DNA of 63,251 nt, filler included. It is 9 parts of 9 records of this genome, joined end to end, with 100 filler letters (N's around TTAATTAATTAA, not from the genome) between each part and the next. Parts side by side here need not be neighbours in the genome. Positions count along the whole stretch, not along the records: positions 1 to 11,943 come from SRR11831585_63; positions 12,044 to 25,495 come from SRR11831585_69; 7 more parts are not named here. One strand, written 5' to 3'. A program made the translations under genes and the position numbers. Below, one piece after another: positions 1-17,939 of this stretch. The notes below the pieces were generated by a model that did no database searches, was not told where the DNA came from, and saw only the letters and a list, made by a program, of their open reading frames with translations. Positions within the stretch are counted from its first letter, which is position 1. Each line of letters begins with the position of its first letter.

Positions 1-29
1 GATAAGACGCGCCAGCGTCGCATCCGACA
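1..29. repeat. REP palindrome (partial) at contig start
   Basis: GATAAGACGCGCCAGCGTCGCATCCGACA matches the E. coli REP consensus; lies downstream of norW. Confidence 0.85.
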
Positions 30-49
30 TTTTAGGCACAGTAGCCCAC

Positions 50-1183
50 CTACATCGGCAATGTTTTCAACAATCCAAATGCCTCTTTCATCCGATCCTC
101 ACTGACCACAAAGGCGCGAAGCTGGTCAGCATCGTCAACGCCGCGCGCCACCATTCCCTGGCGTTCGGTATTAATTTGCCAGCGTAAATCCTGACGCTGG
201 GTTTCGCCTGCCAGATGCAGCGGTAATTCCGGCGTTTTGATTTTCACCAGCATCGCCGGGAGTTTCAGCGGCGTGTTATTGCCGAGAAGATTTTTTGCCA
301 GCACCATCGCGCTAAGTTGAATCGGCTGGAGGAACGGCAATACCTGACCGTTAATTTCCGCGCAATCGCCCAGCGCGTAAATATCGGTATTACTGGTTTG
401 CAGATAACTATCGACGCAAACGCCGCGATTAATCGTCAGCCCGGCGCGTCGTGCCAGGGCGGTTTCCGGGCGCAGTCCGGTGGCGGCAATTACCGCATCC
501 ACTTCGATATTGCGCTGGCGGTCCAGCGTTGCCTGAATGCCAGAATCCGTTTTTTCCAGCCCCTGTAACTGAGATTTCAACAGCAGATGAACGCCCATCT
601 CCGTCAACCGATGCTGCAAGCGGCTGCTTACTTCCGGTGGCATTAACGACGCCAGAATACTGGCAGCGTTGTCGATTAGCGTGACCGCTTTGCCTGCACG
701 ACAAAAATCCATCGCCAGTTCGCTACCAATCAAACCACCGCCAACAATCAACACGCGTCGGGCATCCCGCAGTTGCGTTTCACAGGCGCGATACTCTTGC
801 TGACTATTTAACGTCAGCATTAACTCACGCCCAGGCACAGGCGGGACAAAGGCACTGGCACCGGTTGCCAGTACTAGCTTGTCGTATTGCCACTGATTAT
901 TCTGGCTTTTCACCACACGGGCTTCGGCATCGATATCCGTCACCCAGGTTTGTGGAAACAGGTGCAGATTAAACTGCTCGGCAAATTCACCCGCCGTCTG
1001 GCGGGTAAGGTCATCGGCACGTTGCCCCTGACTGATAACATGGCTGAGGTCAGGTTTGTTGTACTCATCCATGCTGTCGGCGGCAATCAGGGTTAATGGA
1101 ATAGTGGCGTCCTGTTTGCGAATATTTTTCACCAGTTGGCGGGCGGCGAAGCCCGAACCGATGATCACAATGCCGTTACTCAT
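50..1183 (-). CDS. norW: NADH:flavorubredoxin reductase
   Basis: 377 aa; GSGFAA and GGGLIG nucleotide-binding motifs; overlaps the norV stop. Confidence 0.97.
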   Translation of the reverse strand: MSNGIVIIGSGFAARQLVKNIRKQDATIPLTLIAADSMDEYNKPDLSHVISQGQRADDLTRQTAGEFAEQFNLHLFPQTWVTDIDAEARVVKSQNNQWQYDKLVLATGASAFVPPVPGRELMLTLNSQQEYRACETQLRDARRVLIVGGGLIGSELAMDFCRAGKAVTLIDNAASILASLMPPEVSSRLQHRLTEMGVHLLLKSQLQGLEKTDSGIQATLDRQRNIEVDAVIAATGLRPETALARRAGLTINRGVCVDSYLQTSNTDIYALGDCAEINGQVLPFLQPIQLSAMVLAKNLLGNNTPLKLPAMLVKIKTPELPLHLAGETQRQDLRWQINTERQGMVARGVDDADQLRAFVVSEDRMKEAFGLLKTLPM

Positions 1184-2619
1184 TTTGCCTCCGATGCCAG
1201 TTCTTCAAAGACGTCTTTGCCGAGGGAGCATTCCGGGCAGAGGAAGTTATCCGGGACTTCACTCCACGGCGTTCCTGGCGCAACGTCCTGCATTGGCTCG
1301 CCTTTTGCCGGATCGTAAATCCACTGGCAGACGCTGCACTGCATCCGTGGGCCGAGGTCAGCCGTCGTGGTGGCAGAGGTTTCTTCTTTAACTACCGTAT
1401 TCACCGTGCTCTGCGGCAGCGGCGCGAGCGCCCACTGACGGGCGATTTCGCGACCGTGTTCACGGCATAACTTCAGAGCGTCCTGGTCTGGTCGCCATTT
1501 CGCTTTCAGGCTAAGCGACATTTCGAAACCCGCATCCTGCAGGCGCGTGGAAAGACGATCCACCGCACCGCCGCTCCAGCCGTGAGAGCCGAAAGCACTG
1601 GCGCGTTTGTTACGGAAGCGTAAACCAGTCATCTCCTCCACCAGCCCGGCGATTTTCGGCATCATCACGTTATTCATCGTCGAAGTGCCGACCAGCACGC
1701 CTTTTGAGCGGAAGACATTAGTCAGGATTTCGTTTTTATCGCTTCGGGCGACGTTGAAAATTTTCACCGCCACGCGTGGGTCGGTTTCCGCAATCCCCTG
1801 GGCGATAGCGTCAGCCATCATGCGGGTGTTATTCGACATGGTGTCGTAGAAAATGGTGATTCTGTCTTCCTGATAATCAGCCGCCCATTTCAGGTACAGC
1901 TCGACAATTTGCGTCGGGTTATCGCGCCATACCACGCCGTGGGAAGTGGCTATCATATCGACTGGTAAGTTAAAGCCCAGGATCTCGGTAATTTTCGGTG
2001 TTACCAGGCGGCTGAACGGCGTCAGGATATTGGCGTAGTAACGCTGGCACTGCTCGAAAAGCTCCGTCTGATCCACTTCATCGTTGAACAGATGCTCGTC
2101 GCAGTAGTGTTGACCGAAAGCATCGTTACTGAACAGCACCGCGTCGCCTGTCAGGTAAGTCATCATGCTGTCCGGCCAGTGCAGCATTGGTGTTTCGACA
2201 AAAATGAGCTGTTTGCCGTTGCCGATATCCAGCGTGTCGCCAGTTTTCACCACATTAAAATTCCACTCCGGATGATGGTGATGACCATTTATCGAGTCGA
2301 TAGCGTTGGCTGTACAGTAGATCGGCGTATCGGGAATTTGTGCCATCAGTTCGGTCAGCGCCCCAGCGTGGTCCTCTTCTGCATGGTTAATCACGATGTA
2401 ATCGATATCCGCCAGATCGATTTCATTACGCAGGTTCTGCACAAATTCGCGGCTGAATTTATGGTCGACGGTGTCGATCAGCACGTTTTTTTCTTCGCGG
2501 ATGAGGTAGCTATTGTAGCTGCTGCCGCGCAGCGTTTTATATTCCGTGCCGTGAAAATCACGCACTTCCCAGTCACGTTGACCAACCCAATGAATGTTAT
2601 TTTTCACCACAATAGACAT
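1180..2619 (-). CDS. norV: Flavorubredoxin (NO reductase)
   Basis: 479 aa; HAEEDH diiron motif, flavodoxin domain, C-terminal rubredoxin CSVC...CPEC. Confidence 0.98.
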   Translation of the reverse strand: MSIVVKNNIHWVGQRDWEVRDFHGTEYKTLRGSSYNSYLIREEKNVLIDTVDHKFSREFVQNLRNEIDLADIDYIVINHAEEDHAGALTELMAQIPDTPIYCTANAIDSINGHHHHPEWNFNVVKTGDTLDIGNGKQLIFVETPMLHWPDSMMTYLTGDAVLFSNDAFGQHYCDEHLFNDEVDQTELFEQCQRYYANILTPFSRLVTPKITEILGFNLPVDMIATSHGVVWRDNPTQIVELYLKWAADYQEDRITIFYDTMSNNTRMMADAIAQGIAETDPRVAVKIFNVARSDKNEILTNVFRSKGVLVGTSTMNNVMMPKIAGLVEEMTGLRFRNKRASAFGSHGWSGGAVDRLSTRLQDAGFEMSLSLKAKWRPDQDALKLCREHGREIARQWALAPLPQSTVNTVVKEETSATTTADLGPRMQCSVCQWIYDPAKGEPMQDVAPGTPWSEVPDNFLCPECSLGKDVFEELASEAK

Positions 2620-2665
2620 AGCAACCTCAATTTATTCAGCGTGTTCTAAAAAGATGTCTTGCTAA

Positions 2666-2682
2666 TTGCAGATTGCGTGCCA
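2666..2682 (-). promoter_or_regulatory. sigma54 -24/-12 promoter of norVW
   Basis: Minus strand reads TGGCACGCAATCTGCAA (GG-N10-GC). Confidence 0.9.
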
Positions 2683-2737
2683 GTTTTTTATCTGATTGTT
2701 TTTACTCTATAAATAAAATTATGCCCATTAATGAGTA

Positions 2738-2793
2738 GTCAAAATGACTATCAATCAAATGGTCGATATGACAATATCTATAGTCAAATTGAC
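2738..2793. promoter_or_regulatory. Three NorR binding sites (GT-N7-AC)
   Basis: GTCAAAATGAC 2738-2748, GTCGATATGAC 2762-2772, GTCAAATTGAC 2783-2793. Confidence 0.88.
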
Positions 2794-2805
2794 AGTGAGG
2801 CAAAG

Positions 2806-4320
2806 ATGAGTTTTTCCGTTGATGTGCTGGCGAATATCGCCATCGAATTGCAGCGTGGGATTGGTCACCAGGATCGTTTTCAGCGCCTGATCACCACGCT
2901 ACGTCAGGTGCTGGAGTGCGATGCGTCTGCGTTGCTACGTTACGATTCGCGGCAGTTTATTCCGCTTGCCATCGACGGTCTGGCAAAGGATGTACTCGGT
3001 AGACGCTTTGCGCTGGAAGGGCATCCACGGCTGGAAGCGATTGCCCGCGCCGGGGATGTGGTGCGCTTTCCCGCAGACAGCGAATTGCCCGATCCCTATG
3101 ACGGTTTGATTCCTGGGCAGGAGAGTCTGAAGGTTCACGCCTGCGTTGGTCTGCCATTGTTTGCCGGGCAAAACCTGATCGGCGCACTGACGCTCGACGG
3201 GATGCAGCCCGATCAGTTCGATGTTTTCAGCGACGAAGAGCTACGGCTGATTGCTGCGCTGGCGGCGGGAGCGTTAAGCAATGCGTTGCTGATTGAACAA
3301 CTGGAAAGCCAGAATATGCTGCCAGGCGATGCCACGCCGTTTGAAGCGGTGAAACAGACGCAGATGATTGGCTTGTCCCCTGGCATGACGCAACTGAAAA
3401 AAGAGATTGAGATTGTGGCGGCGTCCGATCTCAACGTCCTGATCAGCGGTGAGACTGGAACCGGTAAGGAGCTGGTGGCGAAAGCGATTCATGAAGCCTC
3501 GCCACGGGCGGTGAATCCGCTGGTCTATCTCAACTGTGCTGCACTGCCGGAAAGTGTGGCGGAAAGTGAGTTGTTCGGGCATGTGAAAGGAGCGTTTACT
3601 GGCGCTATCAGTAATCGCAGCGGGAAGTTTGAAATGGCGGATAACGGCACGCTGTTTCTGGATGAGATCGGCGAGTTGTCGTTGGCATTGCAGGCCAAGC
3701 TGCTGAGGGTGTTGCAGTATGGCGATATTCAGCGCGTTGGCGATGACCGTTGTTTGCGGGTCGATGTGCGCGTGCTGGCGGCGACTAACCGCGATTTACG
3801 CGAAGAGGTGCTGGCAGGGCGATTCCGCGCCGATTTGTTTCATCGCCTGAGCGTGTTTCCACTTTCGGTGCCGCCGCTGCGTGAGCGGGGCGATGATGTC
3901 ATTCTGCTGGCGGGGTATTTCTGCGAGCAGTGTCGTTTGCGGCAGGGGCTCTCCCGCGTGGTATTAAGTGCCGGAGCGCGAAATTTACTGCAACACTACA
4001 GTTTTCCGGGAAACGTGCGCGAACTGGAACATGCTATTCATCGGGCGGTAGTTCTGGCGAGAGCCACCCGCAGCGGCGATGAAGTGATTCTTGAGGCGCA
4101 ACATTTTGCTTTTCCTGAGGTGACGTTGCCGACGCCAGAAGTGGCGGCGGTGCCCGTTGTTAAGCAAAACCTGCGTGAAGCGACAGAAGCGTTCCAGCGT
4201 GAAACTATTCGTCAGGCACTGGCACAAAATCATCACAACTGGGCTGCCTGCGCGCGGATGCTGGAAACCGACGTCGCCAACCTGCATCGGCTGGCGAAAC
4301 GTCTGGGATTGAAGGATTAA
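2806..4320 (+). CDS. norR: NO-responsive sigma54 activator
   Basis: GAF + AAA+ ([14 protein letters not shown]) + HTH; 504 aa from ATG 2806. Confidence 0.97.
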   Translation: MSFSVDVLANIAIELQRGIGHQDRFQRLITTLRQVLECDASALLRYDSRQFIPLAIDGLAKDVLGRRFALEGHPRLEAIARAGDVVRFPADSELPDPYDGLIPGQESLKVHACVGLPLFAGQNLIGALTLDGMQPDQFDVFSDEELRLIAALAAGALSNALLIEQLESQNMLPGDATPFEAVKQTQMIGLSPGMTQLKKEIEIVAASDLNVLISGETGTGKELVAKAIHEASPRAVNPLVYLNCAALPESVAESELFGHVKGAFTGAISNRSGKFEMADNGTLFLDEIGELSLALQAKLLRVLQYGDIQRVGDDRCLRVDVRVLAATNRDLREEVLAGRFRADLFHRLSVFPLSVPPLRERGDDVILLAGYFCEQCRLRQGLSRVVLSAGARNLLQHYSFPGNVRELEHAIHRAVVLARATRSGDEVILEAQHFAFPEVTLPTPEVAAVPVVKQNLREATEAFQRETIRQALAQNHHNWAACARMLETDVANLHRLAKRLGLKD

Positions 4321-5282
4321 ATAATCCCGGCCTGATAGAAATCCTGCAGGTTTATTGCGCCGGTGAGTTTGCCGTTTTCATCCACCACCGGTGCGGCAGT
4401 GATTTTGCGCTTCATCAGGATCTCTTTGGCGTCGATGGCGCGACTTTGCGATTGCAACGTGGTGCCGCCGACCGTCATCGCTTCATTGACTGGCGTGGTG
4501 AGTGCGCCGCCGCCAACCAGCCAGCGACGTAAATCGCCGTCGGTAAAGACGCCTTGTACCTGTTGTTGAGCGTCACATACCGCCACCAGCCCCAGACCGG
4601 TGCGGCTGAGTTCCAGCATCGCATCCATCACGCTGGCGGTTAACGCCACCTGTGGGATGGCATCGTCACGGCGCATCAGATGATGCACTTTATTCAGCAA
4701 GCGAGCGCCCAGTGCCCCGGCTGGGTGGGAGCGGGCAAAATCTTCTTCATTAAATCCGCGCGCCTGCATGACCGCCATCGCCAGCGCGTCACCCATCATC
4801 AGGGTATTGACGGTGCTGGAGGTCGGCGCAAGGTGCATCGGGCAGGCTTCGCGTTCTACGGAGATATCCAGCACCGCTTTTGCCGCCAGGCCCAGCGGTG
4901 ACGTCGGTTTGCCGGTCATCGCCAGCAGCGCGATAGATTTATCTTCCAGACGCGGAATAATCAGATCCAGTTCCTTCGCGCCACCGGAGTAAGAGATAAA
5001 CAGCATCACATCGCGGCTTTCGATCATCCCCAGATCGCCGTGCAGCGCTTCTGCCGGATGGACAAAAAAAGCCGGAGTGCCGGTACTGGCAAGCGTTGCG
5101 GCGATTTTCTTACCAATGTGGCCCGATTTGCCAATTCCCGAAACCACCACTTTGCCTTCACAGTGCAGGATGATATTGGCGGCGCGAACAAAATCATCGC
5201 CCAGACGTTCCGGTAAACGGCTTGCTTCCTGCAACTCCAGCATTAACGTCTGACGTCCCGCGTTCAGTAGTGCTTCACTCAT
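4317..5282 (-). CDS. gutQ: Arabinose-5-phosphate isomerase
   Basis: 321 aa; SIS ([14 protein letters not shown]) + CBS pair. Confidence 0.96.
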
Positions 5283-6047
5283 TGCTCTCTCCGGTTATGA
5301 TCACATCGATCCCTTTCTCTTCCAGCGCCTGACGAAACGCCGGATCGATACCTGCGTCGGTAATCAGCTTATCGACGCTTTCAAGACTGCAAACTACGTT
5401 GGGCTTTTACGGCCAAACTTTGATGAGTCCGCCATCAAAATCACTTCGCGCGCGGCATTGCACATTGCCTTACTGACGGTATAAACCTCGTTAAAGGTGG
5501 TTACGCCCGCATTGAGATCGATGCCGTCGGTGCCCATAAACAATTTATCGAAGGTGAAATGCTCGAAGGCATTCTCTGCCAGTTGCCCGTGAAATGAGGC
5601 CGATTTTTTGCGAAACGTTCCGCCTGGCATCAGGATAGTTTGTTCGTTATCCAGTTCGGATAGCGCATTGACGATATGCAGGCTGTTGGTCATCACCGTG
5701 ATGTTATTAAAGCGCGAGAGCAGGGGAACCATCTGCAAAACGGTACTGCCAGCATCAAGAATGATCGAATCGCCATCATGGATAAAACTAACGGCAGCTT
5801 CTGCAATCAGCTCTTTCTTGTGGGTGTTGATGAGTGTTTTATGATCGATAGGCGGATCGGATTCCTCTTTATTCAACACCACTCCGCCATAAGTACGAAT
5901 GACGGTTCCGGCATGTTCCAGAATGACCAGATCTTTGCGAATGGTTGTGCCTGTGGTGTCAAAGTATTGCGCCAATTCTTCAACCGAGCATTTACCCTGC
6001 TTTTGCAGATACTCCAGAATGGCGGCCTGACGCTGACGAGGTTTCAT
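5275..6047 (-). pseudogene. srlR: Glucitol operon repressor, frameshifted near 5400 (probable sequencing error)
   Basis: DeoR-family ORF stops at 217 aa; the normal tail ([16 protein letters not shown]...GESNE*) continues in another frame to 5275; span is 773 nt, one short of 774. Confidence 0.9.
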
Positions 6048-6113
6048 GGGCGTGATTACCTGATTTAGGTTTCAAAATGATAACTTCGCAAGCAAGTAAC
6101 ATTCACAACGAAA

Positions 6114-6473
6114 TTATCCACGTTTCAGTTTAAGCGCCAATGATAGAGCATTCTGTGATAGTGGATCATGGGGAAAGATCACATCGGGCTGTAAATCACC
6201 CGCATGCATACCGGTAATTGCGGGAATTTTTTGCGGTCGGGCGAAGACGGTCAGTCCTTTCATAAACAAGGTGTCGACGATGCGCTGCTGATCGTCCAGC
6301 GCGATGGCGACCACGACCCGCGGTTTAAAGCGCCCGCTGGAACGGCCCACGCCAACCCGCCCTTGCTGGCATAGTGTGTCGAAGGCACGGTTAAAACGAG
6401 AAATTTGCCAGCCGCCTAAGGCCAGTTGCGCACACCAGGCGATAACGGCGACGGTGATGAGTGCGGATACCAT
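6114..6473 (-). CDS. gutM: Glucitol operon activator
   Basis: 119 aa; position between srlD and srlR. Confidence 0.95.
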   Translation of the reverse strand: MVSALITVAVIAWCAQLALGGWQISRFNRAFDTLCQQGRVGVGRSSGRFKPRVVVAIALDDQQRIVDTLFMKGLTVFARPQKIPAITGMHAGDLQPDVIFPHDPLSQNALSLALKLKRG

Positions 6474-6507
6474 AACTTTTCCTTAATGTAGTGGCGGAAG
6501 TCCTGTA

Positions 6508-6534
6508 TGCCTGATGAGCGTAGCGCATCAGGCA
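6508..6534. repeat. REP-like palindrome
   Basis: TGCCTGATGAGCGTAGCGCATCAGGCA in the srlD-gutM intergenic region. Confidence 0.75.
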
Positions 6535-6577
6535 TTCTATAGTCTCACGGAGATCCTTAATGGATCTCCGCTGTTGA

Positions 6578-7732
<1,155 letters not shown>

Positions 7733-7742
7733 GTTTCAGCCT

Positions 7743-9280
<1,538 letters not shown>

Positions 9281-9517
9281 TTATTGTTTTATTACCAAAC
9301 GGCAACCTAATCTAATCAGATTGAAAGATTTAAAAGTGTTATTTTGATCGCAAAATGAAAGATAAATATTTTAATTTGAAAGTTTGAATAAAAGGATAGC
9401 GAGGGGAATGAGTTGAGTTATGTAAAGTCCGTATCGGGCAGTGACTACCGCTTCCTTGTGCGGGGCGTGATGCTTTACCATACTTGCCCCTGGTTGAATC
9501 TGTTAAATGGACCCCTC

Positions 9518-10603
9518 ATGTTCAAGCGTCGTTATGTAACATTGCTTCCCCTTTTTGTGTTGCTTGCCGCCTGTAGCAGCAAGCCAAAACCTACTGAGAC
9601 TGATACGACCACCGGAACGCCGTCTGGCGGCTTCCTGCTTGAGCCGCAGCACAATGTGATGCAGATGGGCGGCGATTTCGCTAATAACCCGAATGCCCAG
9701 CAGTTCATCGACAAAATGGTGAACAAACACGGTTTCGATCGTCAGCAGTTGCAGGAAATTCTCTCCCAGGCGAAGCGTCTGGATTCGGTACTGCGGCTGA
9801 TGGATAACCAGGCACCAACCACATCGGTGAAACCGCCATCAGGTCCGAACGGCGCATGGCTCCGTTATCGCAAAAAATTTATTACGCCGGACAACGTGCA
9901 GAACGGTGTGGTTTTCTGGAATCAGTATGAAGATGCGTTGAATCGCGCGTGGCAGGTGTATGGAGTACCGCCGGAAATTATCGTCGGGATTATCGGCGTT
10001 GAAACCCGCTGGGGGCGCGTGATGGGGAAAACTCGCATCCTCGATGCGCTGGCAACGCTGTCATTTAACTACCCACGCCGCGCGGAGTATTTCTCTGGCG
10101 AGCTGGAAACCTTCCTGTTGATGGCGCGCGACGAGCAGGACGATCCGCTCAATCTGAAAGGTTCCTTTGCCGGGGCGATGGGCTACGGACAGTTTATGCC
10201 GTCGTCTTACAAACAATATGCGGTAGATTTCAGCGGCGACGGGCATATCAACCTGTGGGATCCGGTTGATGCGATCGGTAGCGTGGCGAACTATTTCAAA
10301 GCGCACGGCTGGGTGAAAGGCGATCAGGTCGCGGTAATGGCAAACGGTCAGGCTCCAGGCTTGCCAAATGGCTTCAAAACTAAGTACAGCATTTCGCAGC
10401 TTGCCGCCGCAGGTTTAACGCCACAGCAGCCGCTGGGCAACCATCAACAAGCCAGCCTGCTGCGTCTGGATGTTGGCACCGGCTACCAGTACTGGTACGG
10501 TCTGCCGAACTTCTACACCATCACCCGTTACAACCACAGCACCCATTACGCAATGGCGGTCTGGCAGTTAGGACAAGCCGTGGCGCTGGCGCGAGTACAG
10601 TAG
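9518..10603 (+). CDS. mltB: Membrane-bound lytic murein transglycosylase B
   Basis: 361 aa from ATG 9518; lipobox LAAC; GVETRWG and GYGQFMPS. Confidence 0.97.
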   Translation: MFKRRYVTLLPLFVLLAACSSKPKPTETDTTTGTPSGGFLLEPQHNVMQMGGDFANNPNAQQFIDKMVNKHGFDRQQLQEILSQAKRLDSVLRLMDNQAPTTSVKPPSGPNGAWLRYRKKFITPDNVQNGVVFWNQYEDALNRAWQVYGVPPEIIVGIIGVETRWGRVMGKTRILDALATLSFNYPRRAEYFSGELETFLLMARDEQDDPLNLKGSFAGAMGYGQFMPSSYKQYAVDFSGDGHINLWDPVDAIGSVANYFKAHGWVKGDQVAVMANGQAPGLPNGFKTKYSISQLAAAGLTPQQPLGNHQQASLLRLDVGTGYQYWYGLPNFYTITRYNHSTHYAMAVWQLGQAVALARVQ

Positions 10604-10747
10604 CTATTTACAAGAGGGGGGCGTGAGCTTCCCTCTGGCTAATCAGCTTTTTTCTGAATCCTCCTCGTAAAATTGCAACGCCAACACCATCTTCCTGACG
10701 AAAGTGCTATCTTGTCCGGCATAAATTTTTGACTGACAGAGGTTGTG

Positions 10748-11242
10748 ATGACTGACAGTGAACTGATGCAGTTAAGTGAACAGGTTGGGCAGGCGCTGAA
10801 AGCCCGTGGCGCAACCGTAACAACTGCCGAGTCTTGTACCGGTGGTTGGGTAGCGAAAGTGATTACCGATATTGCCGGTAGCTCCGCCTGGTTTGAACGC
10901 GGATTTGTCACCTACAGTAACGAAGCCAAAGCGCAGATGATCGGCGTACGCGAAGAGACGCTGGCGCAGCATGGCGCGGTGAGTGAACCCGTCGTGGTGG
11001 AAATGGCGATAGGCGCACTGAAAGCGGCTCGTGCTGATTATGCCGTGTCTATTAGTGGTATCGCCGGGCCGGATGGCGGCAGTGAAGAGAAGCCTGTCGG
11101 CACCGTCTGGTTTGCTTTTGCCACTGCCCGCGGTGAAGGCATTACCCGGCGGGAATGCTTCAGCGGCGACCGTGATGCGGTGCGTCGTCAGGCTACTGCG
11201 TATGCATTGCAGACCTTGTGGCAACAATTTCTACAAAACAAC

Positions 11243-11246
<4 letters not shown>
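10748..11246 (+). CDS. pncC: NMN amidohydrolase (CinA C-domain); extra A near 11241 shifts the last codons
   Basis: AESCTGG and SGIAGPDGG motifs; expected TGA at 11244-11246 is out of frame by +1. Confidence 0.93.
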
Positions 11247-11943
<697 letters not shown>

Positions 11944-12043
11944 NNNNNNNNNNNNNNNNNNNNNNNNNNNNNNNNNNNNNNNNNNNNTTAATTAATTAAN
12001 NNNNNNNNNNNNNNNNNNNNNNNNNNNNNNNNNNNNNNNNNNN
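11944..12043. other. Artificial contig linker
   Basis: 44 N + TTAATTAATTAA (stop in all six frames) + 44 N. Confidence 0.98.
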
Positions 12044-12091
12044 AAAAAATTCCAGTCCCGAAGGACTGGAAGGCTCAATCGATCAAATCAA

Positions 12092-13102
12092 TCAGAGGAT
12101 GTGCACCTGCATTTCCGGGTCTTTGCGATCCAGATAGTGGATGGACTGAATGCGGCGAATGGTGCGTGACTTGCCGCGGATCAGCAGCGTTTCGGTAGTC
12201 GCGATATTGCCTTTGCGGCTAATGCCTTCCAGCAGATCGCCTTTGGTAATACCGGTGGCAGAGAAGATGACGTTATCGCTGCGCGCCATATCGCCCAGGC
12301 GCAATACTTTACCGGCTTCGATGCCCATCGCTTTGCAGCGTGCCAGCTCCTGCTCGCCAATGCGACGATTCTCTTCGTTGTCGCCTTTGACGTCATGACG
12401 CGCCAGCAGACGACCGTTCATGTCGCCATCTAATGCGCGGATCACCGCCGCAGAAACTACGCCTTCCGGCGCGCCACCAATACCGTACAGCACGTCAACT
12501 TCGCTGTCTGGCATACAGGTGAGAATTGAGGCCGCAACGTCGCCGTCCGGAATAGCAAATACGCGTACGCCGAGTTGCTGCATTTCAGCGATAACGGCAT
12601 CGTGGCGTGGTTTAGCCAGAATCGTTACCGTCAGTTCGCTCAACGGTTTGCCGAGCGCCGCCGCTACATTGCGCAGGTTATCCGCCAGCGGCAGGTTCAG
12701 ATCAATGGTGCCTTTGGCTCCCGGCCCGACAATCAGCTTCTCCATATACATATCCGGCGCATTGAGGAAGCAGCCTTTATCGCCTACTGCCAGCACCGCC
12801 AGCGCGTTAGCCTGGCCCATCGCCGTCATGCGCGTGCCTTCAATCGGATCAACAGCAATATCTACCGCGTCGCCGCGACCAGTACCGACTTTTTCACCAA
12901 TGTAGAGCATCGGTGCTTCGTCGATTTCACCTTCACCAATGACGATGGTGCCGTCAATGTTGACCTGGTTGAGCATAATACGCATGGCGTTTACCGCCGC
13001 GCCGTCCGCGGTGTTTTTATCGCCGCGTCCTAACCATTTGTAGCCAGCCAGCGCCGCTGATTCGGTGACGCGGGAAAATTCGATGGCAAGTTCTCGTCTC
13101 AT
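12092..13102 (-). CDS. glpX: Fructose-1,6-bisphosphatase class II
   Basis: 336 aa from MRRELAIEF; GEGEIDEAPML and DPIEGT. Confidence 0.97.
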   Translation of the reverse strand: MRRELAIEFSRVTESAALAGYKWLGRGDKNTADGAAVNAMRIMLNQVNIDGTIVIGEGEIDEAPMLYIGEKVGTGRGDAVDIAVDPIEGTRMTAMGQANALAVLAVGDKGCFLNAPDMYMEKLIVGPGAKGTIDLNLPLADNLRNVAAALGKPLSELTVTILAKPRHDAVIAEMQQLGVRVFAIPDGDVAASILTCMPDSEVDVLYGIGGAPEGVVSAAVIRALDGDMNGRLLARHDVKGDNEENRRIGEQELARCKAMGIEAGKVLRLGDMARSDNVIFSATGITKGDLLEGISRKGNIATTETLLIRGKSRTIRRIQSIHYLDRKDPEMQVHIL

Positions 13103-13236
13103 AGCAAACTCTAAGCAGTAAGGAATGGCGCGAAGTGTAGCACAGGGGAAGGGAGGGATTATTGATGTGTGCGGGGTTGCCCCCGCACGTTTCGGGACTA
13201 CCGGATGCGGCATAAACGCTTCATTCGGCATTTACA

Positions 13237-15613
<2,377 letters not shown>

Positions 15614-15989
15614 AATCGGATCCTGAAGAGTTAATGTTTGTTGTATGCGTGAAAGTCACGGACCTCCACGATGCTTGTAGGCATGCTGTAAACTTATCGT
15701 TAACGAGCAAAAACGAGAAATATCGAACTTAAAATGTGTGTGCCTCGTCATAAAATGAGCGTTATCGCGCCATTTATTCCATCTGATTGTACATGATGCA
15801 TGTTTGTTAGATCATTCGCGCAACAAATTTATTAACATTTTCGATTGATGTGGATTATGTCACCAGGAGAAGGATGAAAAGTGTGGCAAACCGTAATCTG
15901 CAAGGCGTGCCGCTGGACAGCGATGGCGCGGCTTCATACAATCGGAGCTAACTAAAGTGCGCTCGTATTTATTAAGGCGTCACCGGTAA

Positions 15990-16284
<295 letters not shown>

Positions 16285-16339
16285 TTACGCTTCATCTTCC
16301 GCGTAATTTCTTTACTGTGTAGGCCAACAGGTAACGCAG

Positions 16340-16367
16340 AAAAAAGGCACCTTGCGGTGCCTTTCTT
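16340..16367. terminator. Bidirectional intrinsic terminator zapB/rraA
   Basis: AAAAAAGGCACCTTGCGGTGCCTTTCTT hairpin. Confidence 0.8.
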
Positions 16368-16368
16368 A

Positions 16369-16854
16369 TCATTCAATATCCAGCGGATCTTCTGAAAGAA
16401 TAATCCCGGTATTGTCGGCATAAAGATGGTCGCCGGAGAAGAAGGTGACACCGCCAAAATTGACGCGGACATCGCTTTCGCCAATGCCTTCGCCAGCGGC
16501 ACCAACCGGAATTGCCGCCATCGCCTGGATGCCGATATCCAACTCTTCCAGGTCATCTACCTGACGCACCGCGCCGTAAATGACCAGACCTTCCCATTCA
16601 TTTTGTACTGCCAGACGCGCCAGTTCAGCATCGACCAGTGCGCGACGAACAGAACCACCGCCATCGACGACAAGAACACGACCACGGCCATTCTGTTCGA
16701 GCAGATCGTACAGCAACCCGTTGTCCTCGAAACATTTTACCGTGATTATTTGTCCGCCAAACGACGCCCGTCCGCCAAAGTTGGAGAACAGCGGTTCCAC
16801 GACGTTAACATCTTCTTGATAGATGTCACAAAGCTCGGAAGTATCGTATTTCAT
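16369..16854 (-). CDS. rraA: Regulator of RNase E activity A
   Basis: 161 aa; [16 protein letters not shown]. Confidence 0.97.
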
Positions 16855-16946
16855 AGGCTTAACATTCAGTTGCTGCGAGAATTTTCAGTATATCGCGCTA
16901 TGTGGGCTGTTGGCAAAATCATCAATTGTTAATTGATATTTGTCAG

Positions 16947-17873
16947 TTATGCTGCCCACTGGCTTAGGAATATCCCTAAAACAAACAGCAGGTTAGTCAG
17001 TAACGCTCCCTTGACAGTACGTTCCAGCATTGGTCGCATCGCCACCGGGTCCATTTCCCGCATCACATAACGGGCTTGCTTCACCAGTAATGGTGCCGCC
17101 AGCAGGAACAGCCAGCCCCACAGGCTATGCAGCGAAAAGAGATTAAACAGCGCCAGACACACCAGCGAGCCCATCAGCAGGCAGGCATGATAACGACGCG
17201 CGTTCACTTCACCTAAGCGCACCACCAGCGTGTTTTTGCCATTTTCGCGGTCGCTATTGATATCACGCAGGTTATTAATATTCAGTACTGCCGTTGCCAG
17301 CAGGCCGCATGCGGTCGCCGGAAGGATCAGTGCCGGAATCAATGTATGAGCCTGTAAATACCAGCTCCCCATGACACTCAACCAGCCAAAGAAAACCAGT
17401 ACGGAAATATCACCCAGACCGATATAACCATAAGGACGATTGCCCACGGTGTAGGTGATAGCGGCAATGATCGACAACCCGCCAAGAATCAGGAAACCGA
17501 CAAAATCGGCCAGCGTATGGCATGCCACTGCAACCAGTGCCAGCCCGGAGAGACAGATGAGCACGACGGTAATAATGAGCGCCCGTTTCATCTCTTGCTG
17601 GGTAATGACCCCTTTTTGCATGCCGCGTAGCGGCCCAATGCGGTCAGGTTTATCGCTGCCTTTTACCGCATCGCCGTAATCATTGGCGAGGTTAGAAAGG
17701 ATCTGTAATAGCCCGGCGGTAATTAGTGCCAGCAGGGCGACCAGCGGATCGAAGTGACCTTGCCACCATGCCAGCGCTGTCCCGACGATAATTGCAGCAA
17801 AGGCGAGGGGGAGGGTTTTAGGTCGTAAACTTTCCAGCCACGCCTGAGTTCGGCTAATTTGTTGTTCAGTCAT
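16947..17873 (-). CDS. menA: DHNA octaprenyltransferase
   Basis: 308 aa; UbiA family NDYGD and NNLRD. Confidence 0.96.
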   Translation of the reverse strand: MTEQQISRTQAWLESLRPKTLPLAFAAIIVGTALAWWQGHFDPLVALLALITAGLLQILSNLANDYGDAVKGSDKPDRIGPLRGMQKGVITQQEMKRALIITVVLICLSGLALVAVACHTLADFVGFLILGGLSIIAAITYTVGNRPYGYIGLGDISVLVFFGWLSVMGSWYLQAHTLIPALILPATACGLLATAVLNINNLRDINSDRENGKNTLVVRLGEVNARRYHACLLMGSLVCLALFNLFSLHSLWGWLFLLAAPLLVKQARYVMREMDPVAMRPMLERTVKGALLTNLLFVLGIFLSQWAA

Positions 17874-17939
17874 AATACGCGCCAATAAAAATGGGGCCTT
17901 TCAGCCCCATCAAACAATGATGAAAATGATTGAACGCGA

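Noticed and set aside
2731..2805. N-terminal extensions in the ORF track (norR, mltB, glpX, glpK, priA, proS, flhA, marA)
   Set aside because: Longest-ORF artefacts; downstream starts give the known protein lengths, and the norR extension overlies its operator sites.
11988..11999. TTAATTAATTAA repeated eight times as a biological repeat, CRISPR repeat or recombination site
   Set aside because: Always centred in 44+44 N; it is a synthetic six-frame stop linker.
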